Notes under the pieces: generated by a model
Databases searched by the model: none
Told to the model about the DNA's origin: nothing
The model's input: the letters and a program-made list of their open reading frames with translations, nothing else
Translations under genes and position numbers: made by a program
Shown here: positions 27,843 to 37,152 of the stretch, one piece after another
Position numbering within the stretch: position 1 is the stretch's first letter
How the letters are laid out: every line of letters begins with the position of its first letter
From: Nitrospinota bacterium
Lineage (GTDB): Bacteria > 2-12-FULL-45-22 > JACOWJ01
Direction of reading: 5' to 3'
DNA length: 64,000 nt
Assembly (NCBI GenBank): GCA_016176845.1
Contig: JACOWJ010000029.1
Coordinates: forward strand, 3,397-67,396

Positions 27843-28826
27843 GTGCATCTCTTGTCCGATCTGGAACGATTTTCCCTCAAGCGGGAGCTGATCAGGAAAA
27901 GGACGTTGCTCTCCGCCCTGATTTGCGCCCTCTTGCTCTCCCTCTTTCTCTCCCGGGTGAGTTTCTCAGAAACCGGGCGGGCCCTCTGGCGGGCCAGGCT
28001 TGCCTTCCTCTTCCTGGCCTTCCTCTCCCACTACCTGGCCTATCTCTTCCGGGGACACCGCTGGAAACGAATCGTGTCACGCCTGGGCTTCCAGGGAAGA
28101 AGCCTGGACCTGGCCAGAATCATCCTGCTCTTCCAGTCCCTCGACTGTGTGATCCCGGCCCGGCTGGGGGACCTCTATGGGGCCCATCTGATGAAGCTCA
28201 ACTTCTCGCTGAGCCGCTCCTCTTCGTTGGGCTCGATCTTCCTCTGGCGCATCCTGGATGCCCTGGTGATGTTCTCCCTGATCCTGCTCACGACCCTTCT
28301 GCTCTTCGGGCGGCGGGTGCCTGCAGAGCTGGCCTTCCTCTTGCACGCCGTCCAGGTGGGAGCCCTGCTGATCCCTGTTCTGGCCGTATCGCTCCTGGTC
28401 GGCCGGAAGACGATCCTGCCCCGCCTCCCCCTCGGAAAGCGGTTGAGGCGGGCCGTGGATTCCTTTGGAGGAGGGCTGAAGCCGGAGATGAGCGCCCTTC
28501 CCTTTCTCCTGCTCTCCACCGGCCTGGTCTGGCTGTTGGAGATGGGAAGGCTCTACTTTATCTGCTGTGCCTTCTCTTTGCGGCTCAGCCCGGTCGAGGT
28601 GGCCTTCGTCTCGCTGGCGGCGACCCTGTCTACCGCCATTCCCTTGACCCCTGCGGGCCTGGGAGCCGTCGAGTTGATCATGGTGAAGCTGCTGACCCTG
28701 GTGCGCGTGGATGGGGCCCTGGTCTATCCGATCACGATGCTGGATCGGGCCATTGCCCATTGGAGCCAGATCCTCCTGGGAGCCCTCTGCTTTGGCTTCT
28801 CGGGAGGATTGAAGGTCAGGGATTGA
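27843..28826 (+). CDS. Lysylphosphatidylglycerol synthase TM / flippase-like membrane protein (UPF0104)
   Basis: RGHRW, IPARLGD, RILD and IPLTPAGLGAVE; many TM helices. Confidence 0.85.
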   Translation: MHLLSDLERFSLKRELIRKRTLLSALICALLLSLFLSRVSFSETGRALWRARLAFLFLAFLSHYLAYLFRGHRWKRIVSRLGFQGRSLDLARIILLFQSLDCVIPARLGDLYGAHLMKLNFSLSRSSSLGSIFLWRILDALVMFSLILLTTLLLFGRRVPAELAFLLHAVQVGALLIPVLAVSLLVGRKTILPRLPLGKRLRRAVDSFGGGLKPEMSALPFLLLSTGLVWLLEMGRLYFICCAFSLRLSPVEVAFVSLAATLSTAIPLTPAGLGAVELIMVKLLTLVRVDGALVYPITMLDRAIAHWSQILLGALCFGFSGGLKVRD

Positions 28827-28855
28827 TGAAAAACCTGGAAATACTGTGGTGGAAT

Positions 28856-29592
28856 ATGAAGATCTCAGAACAACTCAGTTGTACCGGCGCTTTCTTTTTT
28901 CGATGAAGAGGGCATCTCCCCCTGTTGCTCCTTCCGGTATTCCTCTTGAGCTTTATCGGATACGAGTATCCCTTCGGCTCCCACAAGCTTGACTTGCTAT
29001 GGGAGATCGGCTGCCTCCTGGTCTCGATGCTGGGGCTTTCCGTCCGGATCTTGACCAGTGGAACGGTCCCCGCCGGAACCTCCGGACGCAATACGAAGAG
29101 GCAAAAAGCGGATGCCTTAAATACCACGGGGGTCTATTCGATTGTTCGCCATCCCCTTTACCTGGGGAACTACCTGATCGCTTTGGGGGTCTCTCTCTTC
29201 CCCCGATCCTGGTTCTTGCCGATCATCGTATCGCTGGCGTTCATCCTTTATACGAGAGGATCATCTTTGCCGAGGAGGAGTATCTGGAAAGCAAATTTGG
29301 GGATCAATACCGGCAGTGGGCAGAGAGAGTCCCGACGATCATTCCGCGATTTAAGTCTTATCAACCGGCGGAGTTGTCATTCAGCTGGAGGGCTGCTCTA
29401 AGACGGGAATTCTACGGAGCGGTTGTGATCATTACGACGTTCTTTATCCTGGAAGTGATTGCGGACCTCATCGCATGTGGAGAGTTTCGATTGGATCCCT
29501 TTTGGACACCTTTATTTGTGATGGGTGTCGTTTTCTTTCTAATGATGAGAGTGCTTAAGAAGAAGATGCGTTGCGTGAGAGCTAAAGGGTGA
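28856..29592 (+). pseudogene. ICMT/PEMT-family methyltransferase (LmtA-like) pseudogene
   Basis: FFR*RGHLP with TGA at 28904, LNTTGVYSIVRHPLYLGN, and a frameshift near 29250 before YERIIFAEEEYL. Confidence 0.8.
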
Positions 29593-29716
29593 GAGATATC
29601 CTGAGATTTTCGTAGAAGAAAGGAATCTCTTGTCACCCTCTCCCCCCTCCTGATCGGCTTGCGCCTTCCCGAGTTGGTTCTCCAGCTGAAACTAAAGCCC
29701 ATCCTCGCAATTCCTC

Positions 29717-29745
29717 TTGATTTGGCGGGGGCGATTCCCTATACT
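29717..29745 (+). promoter_or_regulatory. Sigma70 promoter of the UbiD gene
   Basis: TTGATT-N17-TATACT. Confidence 0.6.
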
Positions 29746-29844
29746 TAGCGAACCAAGGGGGGGAAGGCCTCTCTGGAATGGGAGGTTATTCCCTTTCAAC
29801 CTTTGCCACCTGGATCACCTTTTTCCCGAGGAGGGCAAACGATC

Positions 29845-31227
29845 ATGTTCGAGGATCTGAGAAGCTTCATCGAGGGGCTGGAGAAGGCCGGGGAGTTGAT
29901 CCGCATCCAGGAGGAGCTCTCGCCGGTCTACGAGATCCCGGGGGCCATCCGTCAGGTGGACAAGAGGATGGGCAGCGCCGTCCTCTTCGAGAAAGTCCAG
30001 GGCTTCTCCGTTCCCGTCGTAGGAAACCTTCTGGGAAGGCGGCGGCGCCTGGCCCTGGCCCTGCGAGTCCCGGAGGAGGAGCTGGCCCAGACTTACTCCG
30101 CTCGCAGGCAGAGGCTCATCCCGCCTCAACGGGTCGAGCATGGCCCGGTCCAGGAGGTGGTGATCTCCCAGAATATCCAGATCTCCCGGGCGATCCCCGT
30201 CCTGACCCATCACCAGAAGGACGCGGGCCCTTATTTCACCAGTGCCACCACCCTGGCCAAAGACCCCGTCACGGGGGTCCGGGGGATGGGGATCCATCGC
30301 ATTCAGGTGAAGGGAGACGATACCCTGGGGATCTTCCTGGCTACCCCGCCGCTCTCCCATTTCCTGCGGAAGGCCGAGGAGCGGGATCAGCCCCTGGAGA
30401 TTGCGCTGGCGGTGGGATTGGACCCCATCACCTTCTTCTCTTCGGTCGTTTGGGCCCCAGAAGGGGTGGACAAGTTTGAGATCGCGGGCGGCCTGGCCCA
30501 GCAGCCCATCGAGCTGGTCAAAGCCCGATCGGTCGATCTGGAGGTGCCCGCGCGGGCCGAGTTCGTCCTCGAGGGCTCCATCCTTCCTCACCGGCGGGAA
30601 AAAGAGGGTCCCTTTGGCGAATCCACCGGCTATTACTTCTCCTTCGACAACCCGGTGGCCCAGATCCGGACCATCACCCACCGGCGTAACCCCGTCTACC
30701 ATGCCCTGATGCCCTTTGCCAGCGAGGAATCGGTGCTAATCGACATCTCCTGGGAGATGGACCATCTCAAGATGGTCCAGGAAGCCCTGCCTAAGGTCCG
30801 GCGGATGCACTTGCGCAATCTGGGGGAGATCGCCCTCCTCCAGATCGCCAAAGACTCGGAGGGGGATGTTGCCGAGATCTTCCGCTATCTGTTGCCTTCC
30901 AACCCCTTCGTCAAGGTGGCCATCGTGGTGGATACCGATGTGGACATCACCGATCCCCAGGAGGTGGAATGGGCGGTGGCCACCCGCGTCCGCCCTCAGC
31001 AGGACCTGACGGTGATGACGGACCTGCCTGGGGTGATGATTGACCCTTCGACCACCGGAGGGGAGCGGACTGCCCGCGAATCCCTCCTGATCACCCGCAC
31101 GTCCAAGCTGGGCATCGATGCCACGGTGCCCCTGAACGAGCGGGAACGGTACGAGAAGATCGATATCCCCGAAGCGGTCAAGGCCAGGGTGGCCCAGATC
31201 GTGTCGAAATACGAACGAAAGGGTTAG
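29845..31227 (+). CDS. UbiD family prFMN-dependent (de)carboxylase
   Basis: DLRSFI..LEKAGELIRI, DAGPY, GIHR, EGPFGESTGYY and VEWAVATR. Confidence 0.95.
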   Translation: MFEDLRSFIEGLEKAGELIRIQEELSPVYEIPGAIRQVDKRMGSAVLFEKVQGFSVPVVGNLLGRRRRLALALRVPEEELAQTYSARRQRLIPPQRVEHGPVQEVVISQNIQISRAIPVLTHHQKDAGPYFTSATTLAKDPVTGVRGMGIHRIQVKGDDTLGIFLATPPLSHFLRKAEERDQPLEIALAVGLDPITFFSSVVWAPEGVDKFEIAGGLAQQPIELVKARSVDLEVPARAEFVLEGSILPHRREKEGPFGESTGYYFSFDNPVAQIRTITHRRNPVYHALMPFASEESVLIDISWEMDHLKMVQEALPKVRRMHLRNLGEIALLQIAKDSEGDVAEIFRYLLPSNPFVKVAIVVDTDVDITDPQEVEWAVATRVRPQQDLTVMTDLPGVMIDPSTTGGERTARESLLITRTSKLGIDATVPLNERERYEKIDIPEAVKARVAQIVSKYERKG

Positions 31228-31271
31228 GAATCTAAGTTCTTGCTGCTCACTTGCTATCGAGGAGGAACCTC

Positions 31272-31670
31272 ATGCTGAAACGCTTGATCCTGTTTGGGCT
31301 GGTGATCTGCTTGCTCGATTTTGCGGTGTCTTCCGGGGTGGGAGCGGAACAGCCTGCGCCGCCACCGGCGACGCCAGCGGAGCGGAGCACGGCCGCCGAG
31401 GTCGGCCTGGGAGCCGGCAGTGCCCTTCTTACCCTGGTCTATGGCCCGGTCAAGATCGGCTATTGCCTCTTGGGGACAATCACCGGGGGGATGGCCTATG
31501 TCGTGACGGCCGGCAACCGCGAGGTGGCCCTGAGGATCATCGAGCCGGCCGTGCGGGGGACCTACGTAATCACCCCGGCCATCCTGACCGGGGAGGAGGA
31601 TTGGCACTTCGTGGGTCCCTCCCGCGCCCAGGAGGAGAAGCGGAAGGAGGTGGCGCCCTCGAAGCCTTGA
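31272..31670 (+). CDS. Secreted/membrane hypothetical protein
   Basis: RBS GGAGG, signal peptide and a Gly-rich hydrophobic hairpin. Confidence 0.7.
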   Translation: MLKRLILFGLVICLLDFAVSSGVGAEQPAPPPATPAERSTAAEVGLGAGSALLTLVYGPVKIGYCLLGTITGGMAYVVTAGNREVALRIIEPAVRGTYVITPAILTGEEDWHFVGPSRAQEEKRKEVAPSKP

Positions 31671-31717
31671 GGTGAGACAGCGGGGCAGCCATGGCGGGAC
31701 GGGATATGGCCGCCCCT

Positions 31718-31791
31718 TGAAAAATTGCAAAATGCAAAATGCAAAGTGCAAAATGAAGGAATTTTTCATTTTTCAATTTGCATTTTACATT
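31718..31791. repeat. Inverted heptamer repeat (AAAATGC/AAAATTG-type)
   Basis: Tandem AAAATGC units paired with (CATTTT) units; related arrays at 47752-47792 and 47964-48050. Confidence 0.8.
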
Positions 31792-31806
31792 GGAGCGAAG
31801 CGACTA

Positions 31807-32550
31807 ATGCGGGCCACACTGTTCATCACCTGTCTGGTGGACCAGTTCTTCCCCGAGGTGGGGGAGGCGATGGTCGGAGTCCTGAGCCGCTTGGGCGTAG
31901 AGCTGGAGTTCCCCGAAGAGCAGACTTGCTGCGGCCAGCCGGCCTTCAACGGGGGGTTCCGGCGTGAGGCCGCGCGGGTCGCTCGCCATTTCATCTCCGT
32001 CTTTGAGGGGAAGGAGTGCATCGTGGCCCCCTCCGGCTCCTGCACCAGCATGGTGAAGCACTTCTACCCGGAGTTGTTTCGGGATCAACCCCGCTGGCGG
32101 GAGCGGGCGGAGGCCCTCTCCTCCCGGATCCACGAGTTCTCGGAGTTCCTGGTGCGGGTCCTGGGGGTCGAGGACGTGGGAGCCCGCTACGCTCTCCCGG
32201 GTGGTGCGGCGGGGAGCACCCGGGTGGCCTACCACGACTCCTGCCATCTCCTGCGAGAGCTGGGCATTTCAGAGGAACCCCGGCGCCTGATCCGGTCAGT
32301 CCAGGGAGTCGAGCTGGTAGATCTCAGCCGGTCTCCGGCCTGCTGCGGGTTCGGAGGCATTTTCTCCGTCAAGTACCCGCACATCTCCGGGGCGATCCTC
32401 CAGGAGAAGATCGAGGCCATCCGGGAGAGCGGGGCCGAGGTGGTGGTGGCCAACGACATGGGCTGTCTGATGCATATCGCGGGGGGCCTCAGCCGACAGG
32501 GGATTCCGTTAAAAGCAATGCATCTGGCCGAACTGTTGAACGGCGCTTGA
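31807..32550 (+). CDS. lutA: Lactate utilization Fe-S protein LutA (CCG domains)
   Basis: LFITCLVD, QTCCGQPAFN, PSGSC, YHDSCH and CCGFGGIFSVK. Confidence 0.92.
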   Translation: MRATLFITCLVDQFFPEVGEAMVGVLSRLGVELEFPEEQTCCGQPAFNGGFRREAARVARHFISVFEGKECIVAPSGSCTSMVKHFYPELFRDQPRWRERAEALSSRIHEFSEFLVRVLGVEDVGARYALPGGAAGSTRVAYHDSCHLLRELGISEEPRRLIRSVQGVELVDLSRSPACCGFGGIFSVKYPHISGAILQEKIEAIRESGAEVVVANDMGCLMHIAGGLSRQGIPLKAMHLAELLNGA

Positions 32551-32571
32551 TCCAGATCGGGTAGGGAGATC

Positions 32572-34776
32572 ATGGAGGTTCGGACGGATCAGTTTTACCG
32601 GAGCGCGGGAAAGGCCCTGCAAGACCAGCGGCTGCAGCGGGCCCTACACAACGCCACCTCCCGTTTCCTGGGGCAGCGGGAGGCGGCCTTCGCTGAGCTC
32701 CCGAACGGGGAGCTCCTCCGGGTGAAGGCCCGGGAGATCAAAGAGGAGACCTGCCGGAGGCTGGAGGAGCACCTGGACCGGCTGGAGAGGTCGGTCAGCC
32801 AGGCGGGAGGGGTGGTCTTCCGGGCCCGGGACGGGGAGGAGGCCTGCCGTTACATCCTGGAGCTGGCCCTGAGGCATGGGGTGAAGCGGGTCGTCAAGAG
32901 CAAGTCGATGACCTCGGAGGAGATCGGGCTCAACGAAGCCCTGGAGCGGGCCGGGATCGAACCGGTGGAGACGGACCTGGGGGAGTACATCGTCCAGTTG
33001 GCCGGCGAGAAACCCTCCCACATCATGGTCCCCGCCATCCATAAGTCTAAGGAGGAGGTCGCGGAGCTGTTCGCGGAGCGGCTGGGAGCCGAACGGTCCA
33101 CGGAGATCGCCAGGCTGACCCGCATCGCCCGGGCGACGCTGCGTGAGAAGTTCTTGACCGCCGGGATGGGGATCAGCGGGGCCAACTTTGCCGTAGCCGA
33201 GACGGGGACGGTCACCGTGTTGGAAAACGAGGGGAATGCCCGTCTCTGCACAACGCTTCCTCCCATCCATGTGGCCCTCGTGGGGATGGAGAAGGTCATC
33301 CCGACCCTGGAGGACCTCCCCGTTTTCCTGAAGCTGCTGCCCCGCAGCGCCACCGGCCAGAAGATCTCGAGCTACGTCTCCCTGATCACGGGCCCCCGGA
33401 GGGAGGCCGAAGCGGATGGGCCGGGGGAGTTTCATCTGGTCCTCCTGGACAATGGCCGCTCTCGCCTCCTGCAGGACCCATATCTCCGGGAAGCCCTCTA
33501 TTGCCTGAAGTGTGGAGCATGCCTGAACGTCTGTCCAGTCTACCAAAAGGTGGGCGGGCATGCCTATGGGTGGGTCTACCCAGGCCCCATCGGGTCGGTC
33601 CTGACCCCTCATTTCGTCGGGCTTCGCCAGGCTCGGGATCTGCCCTGTGCCTCCACCCTTTGCGGGGCCTGCCGGGAAGTCTGCCCGGTCCAGATCGACA
33701 TCCCCGGGCTCCTGCTGCGATTACGGGGGGACCTGGCCGGAGGAAAGCGACAGCCCTCCCCTTCTCTGCCCCCTGGGCGAGGTTTTCGGACAACTTTTGG
33801 TTGGCCGGAGGCGACGGACCTTCTTGCGCCCTGGGGCGCGGCCCCCTGGGGGGAACGGGTGCTGATGGCCCTTTGGGCCGCCATCATGCGGAGCCCGAAT
33901 CGTTACCGCCTGACCTCTCGCTGGGTTTCCTGGCTGCAGCGTCCCTGGGTCCGGGAAGGGAAGATCCGGCGGCTGCCCTCCCCGCTCTCCGGCTGGACTC
34001 AAAATCGCGACTTTCCTGCGGTGGCCCGCCGGCCTTTTCGGGAGAGATGGAAGGAGCTGTCGGCAGGGGAGCAGGGGGGGGGAAGGGCGAGGGAACAGAG
34101 GGGCGGAGGGGCGGAGGGGCGGAGGAGCAGAGGAGTCCCTCAATCCCCCAGCCCTCCGGCTTTCCAGCTCCCCGGATCAGAAAACAGGGCAGAGGAAGGC
34201 ATGGGGGAGGGAAAGAGCTCCCTGATCCAGCAGTTGGAGCGGGAGCTCGGCCGGGTCGGAGGGAAGCTCCATCGGGTTAGATCCTCCGAGGAAGCGTGCC
34301 TCTGCCTGCGGGAACTGGCCCAAAGCTACCAGGTCAAGCGTGTGGTCCGCTGGAATGAGGCTCCTCCCCTGGAAGCGGTGGAGATCGACCGGGCCTTCGA
34401 GGGGCTGGAGATCGAGGTGATTCCTGGCAGCGGAGAGGCTCCCGAGAGGCTGGCCGGGGCCGAGATGGGCCTCACCGGCGCCGAGTACGCCCTGGCCGAT
34501 ACCGGCACGCTGGTCCTGGTGGCCCGAGAAGGGCAGGGGAGAGCGGTCTCCCTGCTGCCCTGGGTCCATGTAGCCTGGCTAGCTGCCGACCGCGTCCTGC
34601 CCGGGCTCGAGGATCTCTTCGCCCGGGTTGGGGACGCCCGGCTGGCCGCCGCCAGCAGTTGCCTCACCTTCATCACCGGCCCCAGCCGGACGGCGGACAT
34701 CGAGCTCACCCTGACCATCGGGGTCCACGGGCCCGGGGAGCTGCACTTGATTCTGATCGAATTCGGCCGAACTTGA
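32572..34776 (+). CDS. lutB: LutB-LutC fusion protein
   Basis: VKSKSMTSEEI, ETDLGEYIVQL and CLKCGACLNVCP, then a low-complexity linker and a second LUD domain (LADTGTLV, FITGPSRTADIELTL.IGVHGP). Confidence 0.9.
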   Translation: MEVRTDQFYRSAGKALQDQRLQRALHNATSRFLGQREAAFAELPNGELLRVKAREIKEETCRRLEEHLDRLERSVSQAGGVVFRARDGEEACRYILELALRHGVKRVVKSKSMTSEEIGLNEALERAGIEPVETDLGEYIVQLAGEKPSHIMVPAIHKSKEEVAELFAERLGAERSTEIARLTRIARATLREKFLTAGMGISGANFAVAETGTVTVLENEGNARLCTTLPPIHVALVGMEKVIPTLEDLPVFLKLLPRSATGQKISSYVSLITGPRREAEADGPGEFHLVLLDNGRSRLLQDPYLREALYCLKCGACLNVCPVYQKVGGHAYGWVYPGPIGSVLTPHFVGLRQARDLPCASTLCGACREVCPVQIDIPGLLLRLRGDLAGGKRQPSPSLPPGRGFRTTFGWPEATDLLAPWGAAPWGERVLMALWAAIMRSPNRYRLTSRWVSWLQRPWVREGKIRRLPSPLSGWTQNRDFPAVARRPFRERWKELSAGEQGGGRAREQRGGGAEGRRSRGVPQSPSPPAFQLPGSENRAEEGMGEGKSSLIQQLERELGRVGGKLHRVRSSEEACLCLRELAQSYQVKRVVRWNEAPPLEAVEIDRAFEGLEIEVIPGSGEAPERLAGAEMGLTGAEYALADTGTLVLVAREGQGRAVSLLPWVHVAWLAADRVLPGLEDLFARVGDARLAAASSCLTFITGPSRTADIELTLTIGVHGPGELHLILIEFGRT

Positions 34777-34863
34777 TCGTATAGGAAAACCCGAGTTATC
34801 CTGATTTAGAGATTCCCGGATTCTGGACCTCTCCCTCTTCTCCCCGGTCCGCCATCGCCTGGG

Positions 34864-35832
34864 CTATGGCGATCGGGTGGCGATGATCTTGAGCGGCAGC
34901 TTCTTAATCCGGCATCTAAATTCGTCGCACTCCCCCTGGATGAGCGTCCACTGGAGGGTCAGTTTGCCGCTCTTCGGCTCGTACTTTCCTTTGATCTTCT
35001 CTGCAAATAAAAAAGTCTCTTCTTCATCGCTGGCCACGAACTCACCGTGGACCATCTGGTTCTTTGAGTTCAGCAAGAACTGGCCCGAGAGCGACAAGTC
35101 GCCCTCGGGGGCCGGCGGCAGCGTGCCGGAGATGGAATAGAAGCCCGGTGTAGGGGGGATAGGCTCCTCAAATATTAAATCGGTGAGATCGTCCGTACCG
35201 ACCGTAAAGTCCATCGTTCCCTTGATCTTGCCAAAGGATACGGAACCGCTCCAGTCCCCGGACAGATCCACATCATTCGCAGTAGCAGACCAGCGCCTGG
35301 CAGTGAGGGAACCCTTCTCGATGATTTTCCCCTCGAATTCGTCCTCTATTTCTCCTGACCAACGGATGCTCAGCGATGTACGGGCGCCGTTGGCTTTGGC
35401 CGTGAGGGAGTCGAGGATGGCAAAGAAATTCTCCTCACCCCTTGTCAGAACGACCTCTTTGCCCTCCTTGCGGACTTCGTAGGTACCCGTGGCTGACGTG
35501 ATTGAGAAGAGAGCAGAAGAGTAGTACCAGGCAGCTTTCCAGTTGCGGTCGTCGTCAAGCACCAGCGTGCCGAGCAATTTGCCCTTATCTGTCTCCCTGA
35601 TTTTCCTCCCAGATTCATCCACAAATTCTTCTATCGTAGTAGCGCTTCCTGTAATATCCCAATTGCCGGCAAAAGAATCCCCCTGCGCAGACGCGGGGGA
35701 AGGCAGGCCGACCAGGCTGGTCAGCACCAACAGGGTCACCGTCACCGCGCTCAGGAGCACGCAAAGCGTCCGAAATGTCCGATGAGCTCGATCGAGTCTT
35801 CTCTGGGGGAAATCTTCCGCTTTCTTCTTCAT
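34864..35832 (-). CDS. Secreted beta-rich hypothetical protein
   Basis: 322 aa ORF with a signal peptide (ASA) and two GxW lipocalin-like starts (FAGNWDI, LSGDWSG). Confidence 0.75.
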   Translation of the reverse strand: MKKKAEDFPQRRLDRAHRTFRTLCVLLSAVTVTLLVLTSLVGLPSPASAQGDSFAGNWDITGSATTIEEFVDESGRKIRETDKGKLLGTLVLDDDRNWKAAWYYSSALFSITSATGTYEVRKEGKEVVLTRGEENFFAILDSLTAKANGARTSLSIRWSGEIEDEFEGKIIEKGSLTARRWSATANDVDLSGDWSGSVSFGKIKGTMDFTVGTDDLTDLIFEEPIPPTPGFYSISGTLPPAPEGDLSLSGQFLLNSKNQMVHGEFVASDEEETFLFAEKIKGKYEPKSGKLTLQWTLIQGECDEFRCRIKKLPLKIIATRSP

Positions 35833-36168
35833 GGCTCCTTTCTCCTTTCTACAGCTCTACAGCCGCCAACCCTCACTTCAGCAATCTGCTCCAATCCCTT
35901 TGCCTGCGAGTCAGCCACACACGGTGGCCGTCCAGCAGGCCCTTTTGTATCACAGCCCGTCTGATCGGTCAACGGGTTATTTCGCGTATTTCCTCACCCC
36001 CAGTTTACCCGGGAGCTCCTGGCCGAGGGGGCGGTTTGGTCGTTGATAGTCGTTGATAAATGTGGGAAGGTTGTGTATAGTGGAAAAGGCGGGTTGCCAA
36101 GAAAGGCCAAAGCGGTCAAGGCGCTAGGGAGAGGGGGACTTGGGGCGGACATCGAGCTCACCCTGACC

Positions 36169-36247
36169 TTAGTACAACTCCACGTAAATAAGTATCCAAA
36201 ATAGCCTGAAGAATAAATGGATACTTTATTGTGTGGAGGTGTACTTA
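36169..36247. mobile_element. MITE family B
   Basis: TTA-GTACAACTCCAC...GTGGAGGTGTAC-TTA; very similar to 39892-39970. Confidence 0.8.
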
Positions 36248-36391
36248 GTACACCTTGGCGAAAGTTTCTCGCTGGTTTAGATTGCTTCGTCGCTTGCGCT
36301 CCTCGCAATGGCCTGTCCCTGTCATTGCGAGCGCAGCGAAGCAATCCCAGGCAAGTAAGAACCAGAGAATCATTTCCGCCAATGTGTACTA
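36246..36391. mobile_element. MITE family A (inverted copy of 1134-1272)
   Basis: TA-GTACACCTTGGCG...CGCCAATGTGTAC-TA. Confidence 0.8.
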
Positions 36392-36444
36392 GGGGTCCAC
36401 GGACTCGGGGAGCTGCACCTGATTCTGATAGAATTCGATGAGAG

Positions 36445-37140
36445 ATGTTAAAAACAGTAAAAGATGTCACGGAACGACTTATTGAATATTATAACCCTGA
36501 CAGGATAATCCTATATGGTTCCCATGGAACGAAAAAGAGTAGGAGAGATAGTGATGTAGATTTATTCATCATAAAAGATACTGATAAACAGCCAATCGAA
36601 AGAAGGATAGAGGTTGAAAAGCTACTCTCTGATAGATCATTACCTTTAGATATATTAGTTTATACTCCACAGGAGGTGAGGTTATTATTTTCCATGGGCT
36701 GCCCTCTTGTAGAAGAGGTTATGGAAAACGGAAGGTTGCTTTATATGAGGAAAGTAACGAATATTTGGATAAAAGATGCAGAAGATGAGCTTGATTCGGC
36801 CATAATTCTCTATGAGCATGGAAAATACCGTGGTTCGTGCTATCACAGTCAGCAATGCGTCGAAAAAGGACTTAAGGCATTAATTTTAGAGAAAGGTAAG
36901 AGGCCGGGAAAAATTCATGACCTTGTGGAGCTTCTTAATAAGATAACAAAGATGGGGTGGGATACTGGGCTATCCGTGGATGATGCCGTGTTCTTAAATA
37001 GTATCTACAAAGGGAGGTATCCAACAGAGGAAGGGCTTCTTCCCCATGGGGAACCCTCTTATGAAGATGCCGGAAGGGCCGTCTCGGCAGCGAAGGCTGT
37101 GATTAGAGAGATTAAAAAAATCTTCTTTAGAGCTCAATAG
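36445..37140 (+). CDS. Fused nucleotidyltransferase-HEPN protein
   Basis: IILYGS...DSDVD in frame with YHSQQCVEKGLKA..IHDLVEL..RYP; AT-rich. Confidence 0.88.
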   Translation: MLKTVKDVTERLIEYYNPDRIILYGSHGTKKSRRDSDVDLFIIKDTDKQPIERRIEVEKLLSDRSLPLDILVYTPQEVRLLFSMGCPLVEEVMENGRLLYMRKVTNIWIKDAEDELDSAIILYEHGKYRGSCYHSQQCVEKGLKALILEKGKRPGKIHDLVELLNKITKMGWDTGLSVDDAVFLNSIYKGRYPTEEGLLPHGEPSYEDAGRAVSAAKAVIREIKKIFFRAQ

Positions 37141-37152
37141 AAGGAGGCCTGG

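Larger units (their letters stand above)
36144..36437 (+). repeat. Diverged duplicate of the lutC 3' end interrupted by two MITEs
   Basis: 36144-36168 is identical to 34692-34716; 36392-36437 is similar to 34720-34765. Confidence 0.85.

Noticed and set aside
14599-28906. TGA recoding (Trp, Gly or Sec) at in-frame stops 14599 and 28904
   Set aside because: Both genes also carry frameshifts, and many intact genes end in TGA.
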